Part shown: one piece after another, positions 1 through 8,686 of the stretch | Layout: the number at the start of each line of letters is the position of its first letter | Numbering within the stretch: the stretch's first letter is position 1 | Source of the DNA: Thermoanaerobaculia bacterium | GTDB taxonomy: Bacteria > Acidobacteriota > Thermoanaerobaculia > Multivoradales > UBA5704 | DNA length: 64,000 bases | Direction of reading: 5' to 3' | Assembly: GCA_035266085.1 (NCBI GenBank) | Contig: DATFNZ010000229.1 | Span: 9,129 to 73,128 of the forward strand | The notes under the pieces: model-generated | Database searches by the model: none | Seen by the model: only the letters and a program-made list of their open reading frames with translations | Told to the model about the DNA's origin: nothing | Position numbers and translations under genes: made by a program

Positions 1-2379
1 GCCGACGGCGACGGCCGGCCCGACCTCCTCGCGGCCTCGGCGGCGGGCGCCGTCCTCTTCCGCAACGGGACGGACCGGGTGGCGGCGAGCGGGCTCGCGG
101 GGCTCACGAACGTCGCCGCCGTCGTACCCGGCGATTACGACAACGACGGCCTCACGGACCTCTGCGTGCTGGCGGGCGGCGGCGCGGCGCTCTGGCGCAA
201 TGCCGGCGGGCGCTTCGAGAAGGCAGCCATCCAGCTCCCCGCGGGCAGCTTTCGGGAGGCGGTCTGGCTCGACTTCGATCACGATTACGACCTCGATCTG
301 ATCCTCCTGGGCGATGGCGCCGCCCTGATGCGCAACGAGGGGACGGGCGGCTTCCAGGACGAGACCCGGCGCTTCCCCTTCGCCGCCGGCAAGGCGATCG
401 GCGCCGCGACCCTGCACGTGGTCTCCGACACCCAGGGAGTCGATCTGGCCGTCGCCTACGCCGACCGGCCGGGAACGGTCTACCGCGACCGGCTGGGCGG
501 CACGTTCGAGGCCACGGCGGCGCCGGAGCTGCCGGCGGGGGCATCCCCCTTGATGGCCTTCGACGCCAACGCCGACGGCTGGACGGACCTCGCGGCCGGT
601 TCCGCGGTGCTGGTCAACGGCCGGGGCAAGGGATGGACGGTGGAGAAGGCGCCGGCGCCGCCGTACGTCCCCGCGGACCTGGACAACCGGGGGATGGCGC
701 CGCTCGTCCAGGCGCCGGCGGAGCTCGCGGCGGCGGCCCTGGCAACGGCCGACTTCGACGGCGACGGCCGGGAAGACCTGGCGGCGGTGGGCAAGGACGG
801 CTCGCTCAAGCTCTTCCGCAATGCCACGGAGACCGCCAACCGCTGGCTCGCCGTGCGGCTGGAGGGGGTGAAGAACCTCAAGCTCGCCCCGGGAGCCGAG
901 ATCGAGGTCAAGGCCGGGCGGAGCTATCAGAAGAAGCTCTACACGGGCACGCCCCTGGTCTTCGGGCTGGGCGGCCGGGCCGAGGTGGACACCATCCGCA
1001 TCACCTGGCCCAACGGGCTGATCCAGAACGAGACGAAGCAGGCCGCCGGCCACCTTGTCGCCTACAAGGAGGCGCCGCGCCTGTCGGGCTCCTGCCCCAT
1101 GATCTTCACCTGGAACGGCGAGCGTTTCGAATTCATCACCGACGTGCTGGGCGTCGCGCCCCTCGGCGCCTCGGCCGGCGACGGCGAGTACTTCCCGGTG
1201 GATCACGACGAGTACATCCAGATCCCCGGCGAGGCCCTGGCCGCCGTCGACGGCCGCTACGAGGTCCGCATCACCGAAGAGCTGCGCGAGGTGGCCTATC
1301 TCGACGAGGTGAAGCTGATCGCCGTGGATCACCCGGCGGCGGTGGAGATCTTCACCAACGACAAGTTCAAGGGGCCGCCCTTCCCCGAGTTCCGCCTCTT
1401 CGGGGTGGAGCGGAAGATCCGCCCGGCGGCGGCCCGCGATACGGCCGGGAGGGACGTGCTCGACCGGCTCCTGGCCCGCGACCGGCGGTATCCGGACGGC
1501 TTCCGGCGCACCTCGGCGGGCGTCGCCGAGATGCACCACCTGGACCTCGACTTCGGCCAGTCGGCGGCGCCGGACGGCCGCGCCGTGCTCGTGCTCTCGG
1601 GCTGGGTGGACTGGGCGGACGGCAGCACCTTCCTCGGCGCCGCGCAGGAAGCCGGCGGCGGCCTGGTGATGCCCCGCCTGCAGGTGAAGGACGCCGCCGG
1701 CCGGTGGGTGACGGTGCTCGAGGACATGGGCATCCCCGCCGGCAAGCCGAAGACCATCGTGGTGGACCTCGCCGGCAAGTTCCTCTCGGCCTCCCGGGAG
1801 GTGCGCATCGAGACGAACCTCTGCGTCTACTGGGACGAGATCTTCCTCTCCGAGAAGACCGGCGAGCCGCGGACCGCGCTCGCGGAGCTCACGCCGGCCA
1901 CGGCCGAGCTGCGCTTCCGTGGGTTCTCGCGGCCGGTGATCCATCCCGAGCGCAAGCAGCCGGAGAGCTTCGACTACCAGACCTGGATGCCCCTGTCGCA
2001 GTGGAACCCCACGCCGGGCCTCTACACCCGCTACGGCGATGTCCGCACCCTGCTCGAAGGCGTGGACGACCGGCTGGTGGTGATGGGCTCCGGCGACGAG
2101 ATCCGGCTCCTCTTCGACGCCCGCGCCCTGCCCGCCCTGCCGGACGGCTGGCGGCGGGACTTCCTGCTCGAGGTGGACGGCTGGGCCAAGGATGCCGACG
2201 CCAACACGGCCTTCTCGCAGAGCGTCGAGCCGCTGCCCTTCCACGGCATGAGCCGCTACCCGTATCCGGCGGGGGAGAGCTTCCCGGACGGCGACGCGCA
2301 CCGCCTCTACCGGCAGCGCTACAACACCCGGCCGGCGCTGCGTTTGATCCGCTCTCTGCAGGCTGCGCCGCAGCGCTGA
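1..2379 (+). CDS. FG-GAP/VCBS-repeat protein with ASPIC/UnbV-like C-terminal region (5' end outside window)
   Basis: The frame is open from nt 1 (ADGDGRPDLL... precedes the listed GTG at 79). Repeated DxDGDGxxDL and LFRN motifs are typical of FG-GAP/VCBS repeats. The 'IRITWPNGLIQNE' segment is typical of ASPIC/UnbV. Confidence 0.8.
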   Translation, partial: ADGDGRPDLLAASAAGAVLFRNGTDRVAASGLAGLTNVAAVVPGDYDNDGLTDLCVLAGGGAALWRNAGGRFEKAAIQLPAGSFREAVWLDFDHDYDLDLILLGDGAALMRNEGTGGFQDETRRFPFAAGKAIGAATLHVVSDTQGVDLAVAYADRPGTVYRDRLGGTFEATAAPELPAGASPLMAFDANADGWTDLAAGSAVLVNGRGKGWTVEKAPAPPYVPADLDNRGMAPLVQAPAELAAAALATADFDGDGREDLAAVGKDGSLKLFRNATETANRWLAVRLEGVKNLKLAPGAEIEVKAGRSYQKKLYTGTPLVFGLGGRAEVDTIRITWPNGLIQNETKQAAGHLVAYKEAPRLSGSCPMIFTWNGERFEFITDVLGVAPLGASAGDGEYFPVDHDEYIQIPGEALAAVDGRYEVRITEELREVAYLDEVKLIAVDHPAAVEIFTNDKFKGPPFPEFRLFGVERKIRPAAARDTAGRDVLDRLLARDRRYPDGFRRTSAGVAEMHHLDLDFGQSAAPDGRAVLVLSGWVDWADGSTFLGAAQEAGGGLVMPRLQVKDAAGRWVTVLEDMGIPAGKPKTIVVDLAGKFLSASREVRIETNLCVYWDEIFLSEKTGEPRTALAELTPATAELRFRGFSRPVIHPERKQPESFDYQTWMPLSQWNPTPGLYTRYGDVRTLLEGVDDRLVVMGSGDEIRLLFDARALPALPDGWRRDFLLEVDGWAKDADANTAFSQSVEPLPFHGMSRYPYPAGESFPDGDAHRLYRQRYNTRPALRLIRSLQAAPQR

Positions 2380-2489
2380 AAGACATCTCGAACGTCCCGC
2401 CTTTGCCGTTCCGCGGCACTGTCGATGGTGAGCTCGCATGAGTCGAACATGCTCCGCCGCGGGGCGCGTCGAGAAAGGACGTTTTTCAG

Positions 2490-3464
2490 ATGAAGACCGT
2501 TGGTTACGAAGAGATCAGAGAGCGGGTCCGGCTGGAAAACGTCATCGATCCGGTTCGTGAATCCTTCAAGAGCTATTCCGCCGGCAAGGCGAACATTCCC
2601 GCCGTTCAGCACCTGGAGATGCCGACCTGCCGCAGCGGCGCTCTGCACATCAAGACCGGCCACGTCGAGCCGTTTCCCTTCTGCCTCGTCAAGGTGGCTT
2701 CCACCTTTCCCGAGAACACCCGGGAGGTGCCCTCGAAGCCGTCGATCAACGGCGTGATCGTCGTTTTCAGCACGTACGACGGCGAGCCGCTGGCGATCCT
2801 CGAGGACCGGGCCTGGATCACGCAGGTCCGCACCGCCGGCGCCGGAGCCGTGGCCGCGGAGCTGCTGGGCAGGCCCGGCTCCCGTACCCTGAGCGTGGTC
2901 GGCGCCGGCACCCAGGCGCGCCTGCAGACGCGTGGACTCCTGCACGTCTGCCCTGACATCGAGCGGATCCTGGTGTGGGGACGCACGCCCGCGAACGTCG
3001 ACCGCTACGTCGAGGAGATCGGCGCCGCCTATCCCGGCGTGGAGCTGGCGGCCGCGGAGACGGTCGAAGAGGTGGCGCGCGAGGCGGACATCCTGGTGAC
3101 CACCACCTATTCCACCCAGCCCCTGGTGCAGGGGGATTGGCTGCGGGAGGGAGTCCTGGTCATCGGCATGGGCGCCGACGCCGTCCACAAGCTCGAGCTC
3201 GACCCGGCGTGCCTCGCCGACATGGACCGGGTGATCGTCGACAGCCGTTCCCAGAACGTCAAGATGGCCGAGATCGGCTGCGGCATCCGCAGCGGCTTCT
3301 TCGGGGCGGACCGGATCGACGCGGAGATCGGCGAGCTGCTGCTGGCCGGCGGAGCGGGCCGGCGCTCGGACGAGGAGAGGATCGTCTGCAAGCTGACCGG
3401 CGTGGCCGTGCAGGAGATCTTCGTTTGCGAGTTCCTACTGAAGGAGCTAGGGATCGTGCATTGA
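2490..3464 (+). CDS. ornithine cyclodeaminase / mu-crystallin family protein
   Basis: 324 aa with a Rossmann 'VVGAGTQARLQ' motif and overall OCD/mu-crystallin-like layout. GAAAGGA lies upstream of the ATG. Confidence 0.75.
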   Translation: MKTVGYEEIRERVRLENVIDPVRESFKSYSAGKANIPAVQHLEMPTCRSGALHIKTGHVEPFPFCLVKVASTFPENTREVPSKPSINGVIVVFSTYDGEPLAILEDRAWITQVRTAGAGAVAAELLGRPGSRTLSVVGAGTQARLQTRGLLHVCPDIERILVWGRTPANVDRYVEEIGAAYPGVELAAAETVEEVAREADILVTTTYSTQPLVQGDWLREGVLVIGMGADAVHKLELDPACLADMDRVIVDSRSQNVKMAEIGCGIRSGFFGADRIDAEIGELLLAGGAGRRSDEERIVCKLTGVAVQEIFVCEFLLKELGIVH

Positions 3465-3471
3465 GGGCAGG

Positions 3472-5274
3472 CTAAAACGTGTCGCTCGTCGACACCAGAT
3501 ACTGCACGCGCTCGATCGACGAGCTCCCGTCCAGGGGAAACGCCACGTCGAGGTGCAGCACGGCGCCGCGGGAGGAGCGGCTGGAGCCCAGGCGCAGGCC
3601 GAGTCCGGCGTCCTTGAGGATCCGGCGCTCCTGATAGAAGCGGGCATCCAGCTTCGACAGGGGGCCCACGAACCAGGCCTGGCCGGCGTCGAAGAAGACG
3701 GCGCCCCCGAGGTGGGCGAGGTGGAAAATCTCGCGGTCGCTGAAGAAGCGCTGCTCGAGGGTGAGCAGGACGCGGCGGTCGCCGGCCTGATAGCGGAGGG
3801 GATAGCCGCGCAGGCCGCTGTCGCCGCCCAGGAGGAGCTGGTCCTCGCCGTCCAGACGGTGGGCCAGGTCGGCGCCGAGCGAGGCGTAGAAGATGTGCTC
3901 GCCGAAGTCGCGGGCGTACCAGCGGACGCGCCCGCCGGCGGTCAGGTCCTCGGCGTCACCCGCCGCCCAGCGGGTGGAGCCGCCGACCTGGGCCAGCACG
4001 AGGTTGCGGGCGGTGGGCCGCCAGCCGGCCGAGAACGCGCTCTGGACGATCAGGCGCTCGCCATCGCCGCCGAAGGCGGGGGAGGACCAGCCGAGGAGGA
4101 CGTTGTACTGCCGGCCCAGGTTCAGGTCCTCCGCGCGCTGGAAGCGGTTGAGGTCGCGCTCCACGACGAAACGGTCCTGCACCGACTCGAAGCCGATCCA
4201 GGGATAGACCAGCGTCCGGTTCTCGGGGGCGTCGAAGAGCTGCTGCTGCGGCAACTGCGCTTTCGGGATCAGGAACGGGAACTGCAACGGGCCCAGCGAC
4301 GAGCGCACGAAGGTGTCGGTCGAGTAGGTGACGCCGAGCCGGAAGCGCCGCGCCGTCCCGTTCACCAGTCCCGGGGAGAGGCCGCCGTAGACCTCCACGA
4401 AGTCGTGCCGGTGCTCGAAGTTGGTGACGACCTTGCCCGCCTTGTAGAGGTTCTCGACACGCTCGTCCCGGAAGCTGCGCAAACCGGCGCTCCAGCGGGA
4501 GGAGAGGGAGTAGAAGGGCCGCTCCAGCTCGAAGCGCGTGCGCCCGCCGTCGCTGTTGTCGGCGTACGACGCCGTCAGCCGCACGCGGCTTCCCAGCACG
4601 TTGGGATCGCGGTAGCGGACGAGGTTCGAGGTCCGGTCCACCGTGCCGATCCGCGACAGCGAGATCTCCTTGCCGGTGCCGAGGAAGTTGGTGTCCTCCA
4701 GCGAGAAGCTGGTGTTGTTCTCGCCGCCCGAACGGCTGAAGCTCGCGCCTCCCTGGAGCGTCCACAGATCGCGCGTCGTCACCTCCACGTCGACCTTGCC
4801 GTCGTCCCGCAGGACGGGCTTGAGGTCCACGTCGTAGAGGTAGTCGTTGCGCCGCAGCAGGCGCGCGGACTCGGCGATCAGCTCGGGGGAGAACACGTCT
4901 CCCGGCTGGAACAGGAGCTGCCGCTCGATGACCACCGGCCGGGTGGTGCGGTGCAGGCGGTTGGCCAGGCGGAAGATCTTCCGGTCCTCGCCGGGCCGGG
5001 CCGAATCGAAGATGTCCTTGGCGTTCACCCGTACCTCGCCGATGACGCTCCCTGGAGGGATCGCCGGCGCGCCCTGCACCTCCAGCCCGGTGCCGAGGAC
5101 GGGCGTCTCCGAAGCTGCCTGGGTGCGGAGCCACGGGAGGAGGTTGGGGGACGGCTGAGCCGCCGCCGGTTGCGGGCGGCCCGAGAGGCAGAGGCTGAAG
5201 AGCGCCGCGGCCGCCGTGAGGCGTAGAGCGCGGCTGGAGACTGGCGGGCGGCGGTGGCCGCGGCTCGAACCCAT
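3472..5274 (-). CDS. Omp85/BamA-family outer-membrane protein (POTRA plus surface-antigen barrel)
   Basis: N-terminal signal-like 'AAALFSLCLSG...AAA'. A POTRA-like segment (VIGEVRVNAKDIF...VDVEVTTRDLWTL) is followed by a long beta-rich region. It ends in an aromatic residue (...STSDTF). Confidence 0.65.
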   Translation of the reverse strand: MGSSRGHRRPPVSSRALRLTAAAALFSLCLSGRPQPAAAQPSPNLLPWLRTQAASETPVLGTGLEVQGAPAIPPGSVIGEVRVNAKDIFDSARPGEDRKIFRLANRLHRTTRPVVIERQLLFQPGDVFSPELIAESARLLRRNDYLYDVDLKPVLRDDGKVDVEVTTRDLWTLQGGASFSRSGGENNTSFSLEDTNFLGTGKEISLSRIGTVDRTSNLVRYRDPNVLGSRVRLTASYADNSDGGRTRFELERPFYSLSSRWSAGLRSFRDERVENLYKAGKVVTNFEHRHDFVEVYGGLSPGLVNGTARRFRLGVTYSTDTFVRSSLGPLQFPFLIPKAQLPQQQLFDAPENRTLVYPWIGFESVQDRFVVERDLNRFQRAEDLNLGRQYNVLLGWSSPAFGGDGERLIVQSAFSAGWRPTARNLVLAQVGGSTRWAAGDAEDLTAGGRVRWYARDFGEHIFYASLGADLAHRLDGEDQLLLGGDSGLRGYPLRYQAGDRRVLLTLEQRFFSDREIFHLAHLGGAVFFDAGQAWFVGPLSKLDARFYQERRILKDAGLGLRLGSSRSSRGAVLHLDVAFPLDGSSSIERVQYLVSTSDTF

Positions 5275-5299
5275 GCAAGGGACTCCGTAAGTGGGACCG

Positions 5300-7027
5300 T
5301 CAGTTTGTACGGATCATATCCCGAGACCGTCGCGGACGCGACCACCGCAGGCTCGATCCGTCCCTGATCTCGATCAGGAGCTCGGGCGAGTAGGTGCTCC
5401 AGCCCTCCGGCGCCTGGTACTTGATCCTCAGCGGCAGCACCGGGACCTCCGGCGCATCGAACCCGGCGCTGCGCGGCATCTCGAAGACCTCGGCGCCGTG
5501 GCCAAGGATGAACCAGTAGGTGCCGTCCTGGTAGGGGCCCAGCTCCCAGAAGAGGTCGTCGCCGGAGACCTGGAAGCTGGCGCTCAAGGGGGCGCCTGAG
5601 CGGATCGAGGAGCAATGCCGCTCCCTCAGCACGGGGATCCGAGAGGTGAGATCCACCACCCGGCGCTCGCCCGGATCGTAGCCCCACACTCGTCCCAAGG
5701 GCTCTGGGTGGGCGCAGAGATACAGGTCGTCCTGGAACCAGCGCTCCCCCGTGGGACGGTGGAAGACGTTCTCCTTCATCCACCGCAGCTCCTTGAGGGA
5801 GGCCGCCAGGGTGAGCGGCTGCCGCAGGACGTCTCCCGCCTTCATGTCGAGGAGGGCGCGGTTCTCGGCGCTCATCCGCTCGACCCGGGCGAAGCGGTGG
5901 CTCCAGTCCTGCCGGTTCACCCACAGGCCCGCGGCGCAGGCCACCAGGACGACGACGGCGCCGGTCCTGCGGCCCAGGCGGCTGCCTCCCGCCGCGAAGG
6001 CCGCGCACAGGGCGATCCAGGCCGGCACGGCGTACCGGGGCTCCATTCGGGTCGAGACCGGCAGCACCGGCAGCACGGCGAGGAGCAGCCCGAGGCCGGT
6101 CAGGGCGGCCGCCCGGCGGTCTCGCAGGACGAGCGCCAGGATTCCCATGGCCAGCGCGGCGCAGAGCGCGGCCGCCGCCCACGAGAACCGGCCGGCCATG
6201 AGCTCCGCCGCGATCTTGCCGGGCATTGCCAGGGCGAGAGCGGGCAGGCCTGAGGGCGCCACGGTGAAGCCGTAGCCGCCCAGCAGCGTGCCGAGCACCC
6301 CGTAGCGCAGGCCGAGATAGAGGCCGAGCGCGGCGGCATGGGGCAGAGCCAGGCGGAGCCGCTCGCGCAGGCTCACCGGCCTGCCGCCGGCCGGCTCCGG
6401 CAGCAGGGGCAGGAGAGCGGCCAGGGGCACCGCGATCTCCTTGGCGAGGGAAGCGGCGAAGTAGAGCGCCGCCGAGAGCGCGGCCAGCCCCCAGGCTCGC
6501 CGCCTGGGCCATCGCCGCAAGGCCGCTGCCCAGGTTCCCAGGGCCATGGCGGCAAGGAGAATCGACTCGGCGTAATGGCGGACCATGAGGAGCGGCGCGA
6601 GCGAAGCGGCCACCGGTCCGGTCAGGAAGACCCAGGCTCCGGCCGCCGCCCACAGGCGGCGGAGCCAGAGCCGCAGGACGCCGTACAGCACGGCGGGGCA
6701 GAGGGCGAAGGCCAGGAGCTGATGGAGATAGAACAGGTAGGGATCCAGGCCGAACAGGCGCCGGTCCGCGTCGAGGGAGAGGAAGAGCAGGGGTGTGAAG
6801 ACCCCGGCCGGAAAATCCCGGAATCCCTCGGCGTCGAACAGGTACCACCCGGGCCGGTGGGTGAGCAGGAAGCGGAAGTGGTGGAAGTCGTCGTGCGTCC
6901 ACCAGAGCCCGAGCACGGAGCCGTAGAGCAGCCAGGCGGCCCCGGCGAGAGCCAGGGCGAGCCCCGCGTCGGCCGCGAGGCGCCGGGCTTCGGGACGGTT
7001 CCGCGTGAGCACCGGCCGCGTGAGCAC
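5300..7027 (-). CDS. polytopic inner-membrane protein, GT-C/PMT-like fold suspected
   Basis: 575 aa. The N-terminal two thirds contain many hydrophobic helices, followed by a soluble C-terminal domain. No specific catalytic motif was recognised. Confidence 0.45.
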   Translation of the reverse strand: MLTRPVLTRNRPEARRLAADAGLALALAGAAWLLYGSVLGLWWTHDDFHHFRFLLTHRPGWYLFDAEGFRDFPAGVFTPLLFLSLDADRRLFGLDPYLFYLHQLLAFALCPAVLYGVLRLWLRRLWAAAGAWVFLTGPVAASLAPLLMVRHYAESILLAAMALGTWAAALRRWPRRRAWGLAALSAALYFAASLAKEIAVPLAALLPLLPEPAGGRPVSLRERLRLALPHAAALGLYLGLRYGVLGTLLGGYGFTVAPSGLPALALAMPGKIAAELMAGRFSWAAAALCAALAMGILALVLRDRRAAALTGLGLLLAVLPVLPVSTRMEPRYAVPAWIALCAAFAAGGSRLGRRTGAVVVLVACAAGLWVNRQDWSHRFARVERMSAENRALLDMKAGDVLRQPLTLAASLKELRWMKENVFHRPTGERWFQDDLYLCAHPEPLGRVWGYDPGERRVVDLTSRIPVLRERHCSSIRSGAPLSASFQVSGDDLFWELGPYQDGTYWFILGHGAEVFEMPRSAGFDAPEVPVLPLRIKYQAPEGWSTYSPELLIEIRDGSSLRWSRPRRSRDMIRTN

Positions 7028-7038
7028 CGGGGAAGCGC

Positions 7039-7449
7039 CTACGATTCGAGGCCCTGTTCGAGGTCACGGATGCGGGGGGTGAGCCGCTTGATCTCCTCCA
7101 GGTGCAAAGCCGCGAGCTGCTGGAGGATCGCCGCTCCGCGCGGCGTCAGCCGCAGGCGCACGACCCGGCGGTCCCCGGGGTCCTCGTGCCGCTCCACCAT
7201 TCCCGACTTGACGGCCCGGTCCACCAGCCCCACCGCGCTGTGATGGCGCAGCAGCAGGTAGCCGGCGACGTCGCCGATCGTCGGGCCCTGGTCGCCTTCG
7301 TGCCCGCGCACGGCCAGCATGAGCTGGTGCTGCGCCGCGGTCAGCCCTGCCTTCTCGGCCTGCTCCTCGCTCCAGTGCAGGAAACGCCGCAGCCCTGTCC
7401 GGAACTGGAGCAGCCGCCGGTAGTCGGCGTCTTCCAGATCGCGATTCAT
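7039..7449 (-). CDS. MarR-family transcriptional regulator
   Basis: 136 aa with a winged-HTH pattern 'LTAAQHQLMLAVRGHEG...GPTIGDVAGYLLLRHHSAVGLVDRAVKSGMVERHEDPGDRRVVRLRLTPRG'. Confidence 0.85.
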   Translation of the reverse strand: MNRDLEDADYRRLLQFRTGLRRFLHWSEEQAEKAGLTAAQHQLMLAVRGHEGDQGPTIGDVAGYLLLRHHSAVGLVDRAVKSGMVERHEDPGDRRVVRLRLTPRGAAILQQLAALHLEEIKRLTPRIRDLEQGLES

Positions 7450-7481
7450 GCCCTGAGTTTAGCGCACTGAAACGGCGGCGG

Positions 7482-8666
7482 TCAGGCGCCGGCCGGCCAG
7501 GCCCGCTGCTGGGCGAGGGTCGCCTCCCAGTGGGCCTTCACCTCGGCCATCGAGTCGCCGCCCAGCTTCTCGAGCAGGGCGTCGGCAAGGACGAGGGCGA
7601 CCATGGCCTCGGCGATCACGCCGGCCGCGGGGAGGGCGGTGACGTCGCTGCGCTCGTATTGCGAGGTGTGGGGCTCCAGGGTGTCGAGATCGACGCTGGG
7701 CATCCCCTTGCGCAGGGTGGCGATCGGCTTCTTGTAGGCAGTGATCACCAGGTCCTCGCCGTTAGTGACGCCGCCCTCGAGGCCGCCGGCGCGGTTGGTG
7801 GGACGGGTCCAGCGGCCGTCCGCCGTGCGCTCGATGGGGTCGTGGGCGGCGCTGCCGAAGCCGCGGGAGGCTTCGATGCCGGCGCCGATCTCGACCGCCT
7901 TGACGGCGTGGATCGAGAGGATCGCCTGGGCCAGGCGGCCGTCGAGCTTCTCGTCCCACTGCACATGGGAGCCGAGCCCCACGGGCACGTTGCGGGCGAT
8001 CACCGTCACCGCGCCGCCCAGCGTGTCACCGTCCTCCTTAGCCTGCTCGACCAGCCGGACCATCTCGGGCTCCAGCTCGCGGTCGATGGCCCGCAGGGGG
8101 GAGGTCTCGTCGACCTGCAGGAGGTCGTCCCAGGTGGGCACGGGCCGGTCGGCGCCGATCGGCCCCAGGAAGCGGACGCCGCTGCGGATCTCGACGCCGA
8201 CCTCGGCCAGGAGCATGCGGGCGAGGGCGCCGGCCGCCACGCGGGCGGTGGTCTCGCGGGCCGAGGCCCGCTCGAGGATGTCGCGCAGGTCCCGCCGCTG
8301 GTACTTGATCCCCCCCGCGAGGTCGGTGTGGCCCGGCCGCGGCGACTTCAGGCGGCGCGTCTCGGCCAGGCGGGGATCGACGGCCTCGGGGCTCATCATC
8401 GGCTCCCAGCTCACGTAGTCGCGGTTGGCGATCCAGAGCACGACGGGGGAGCCCAGGGTCTCGCCGCCGCGCACGCCGCCGCGGATCTCGGCGGTGTCCT
8501 TCTCGATCTGCATCCGCCGGCCGCGCCCGAAGCCGTGCTGGCGGCGGGCCAGGTCGCCGGCCAGGACGTCGAGGTCCACCCGCAGTCCCGCGGGCAGTCC
8601 GGTGAGGATCGCGGTGAGGCCGGGACCATGGCTCTCCCCGCCGGTGATCAGTTGGAGCCGGCGCAT
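7482..8666 (-). CDS. aroC: chorismate synthase
   Basis: 'MRRLQLITGGESHGPGLTAILTGLPAG', 'RPGHTDLAGGIKY' and 'GGSMAEV'-type C-terminus are classic AroC signatures. Confidence 0.95.
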   Translation of the reverse strand: MRRLQLITGGESHGPGLTAILTGLPAGLRVDLDVLAGDLARRQHGFGRGRRMQIEKDTAEIRGGVRGGETLGSPVVLWIANRDYVSWEPMMSPEAVDPRLAETRRLKSPRPGHTDLAGGIKYQRRDLRDILERASARETTARVAAGALARMLLAEVGVEIRSGVRFLGPIGADRPVPTWDDLLQVDETSPLRAIDRELEPEMVRLVEQAKEDGDTLGGAVTVIARNVPVGLGSHVQWDEKLDGRLAQAILSIHAVKAVEIGAGIEASRGFGSAAHDPIERTADGRWTRPTNRAGGLEGGVTNGEDLVITAYKKPIATLRKGMPSVDLDTLEPHTSQYERSDVTALPAAGVIAEAMVALVLADALLEKLGGDSMAEVKAHWEATLAQQRAWPAGA

Positions 8667-8686
8667 GGCGGCAAGGATATCAGTCC
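8664..8686. repeat. direct repeat copy 1 (aroC start region: CATGGCGGCAAGGATATCAGTCC on + strand)
   Basis: It has the same 14-mer (AAGGATATCAGTCC) and the same CATGGC as copy 2 at 13469..13492. In both cases the repeat ends with the ATG of a minus-strand gene. Confidence 0.8.

Noticed and set aside
633-2441. Long alternative-frame and antisense ORFs throughout the track. Examples: 633..2441 +, 3553..5226 +, 5025..7067 -, 9358..12027 +, 11945..13843 +, 13567..15510 -, 24243..26261 -, 29787..31655 -, 40933..43332 -, 44662..46095 +, 47781..49358 +, and the upper part of 47191..50130 -.
   Set aside because: Their translations are dominated by Arg/Pro/Gly/Ala runs with no motifs. They lie opposite or out of frame to ORFs with clear family signatures. 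This is the expected stop-codon-poor shadow-frame artefact of high-G+C DNA.
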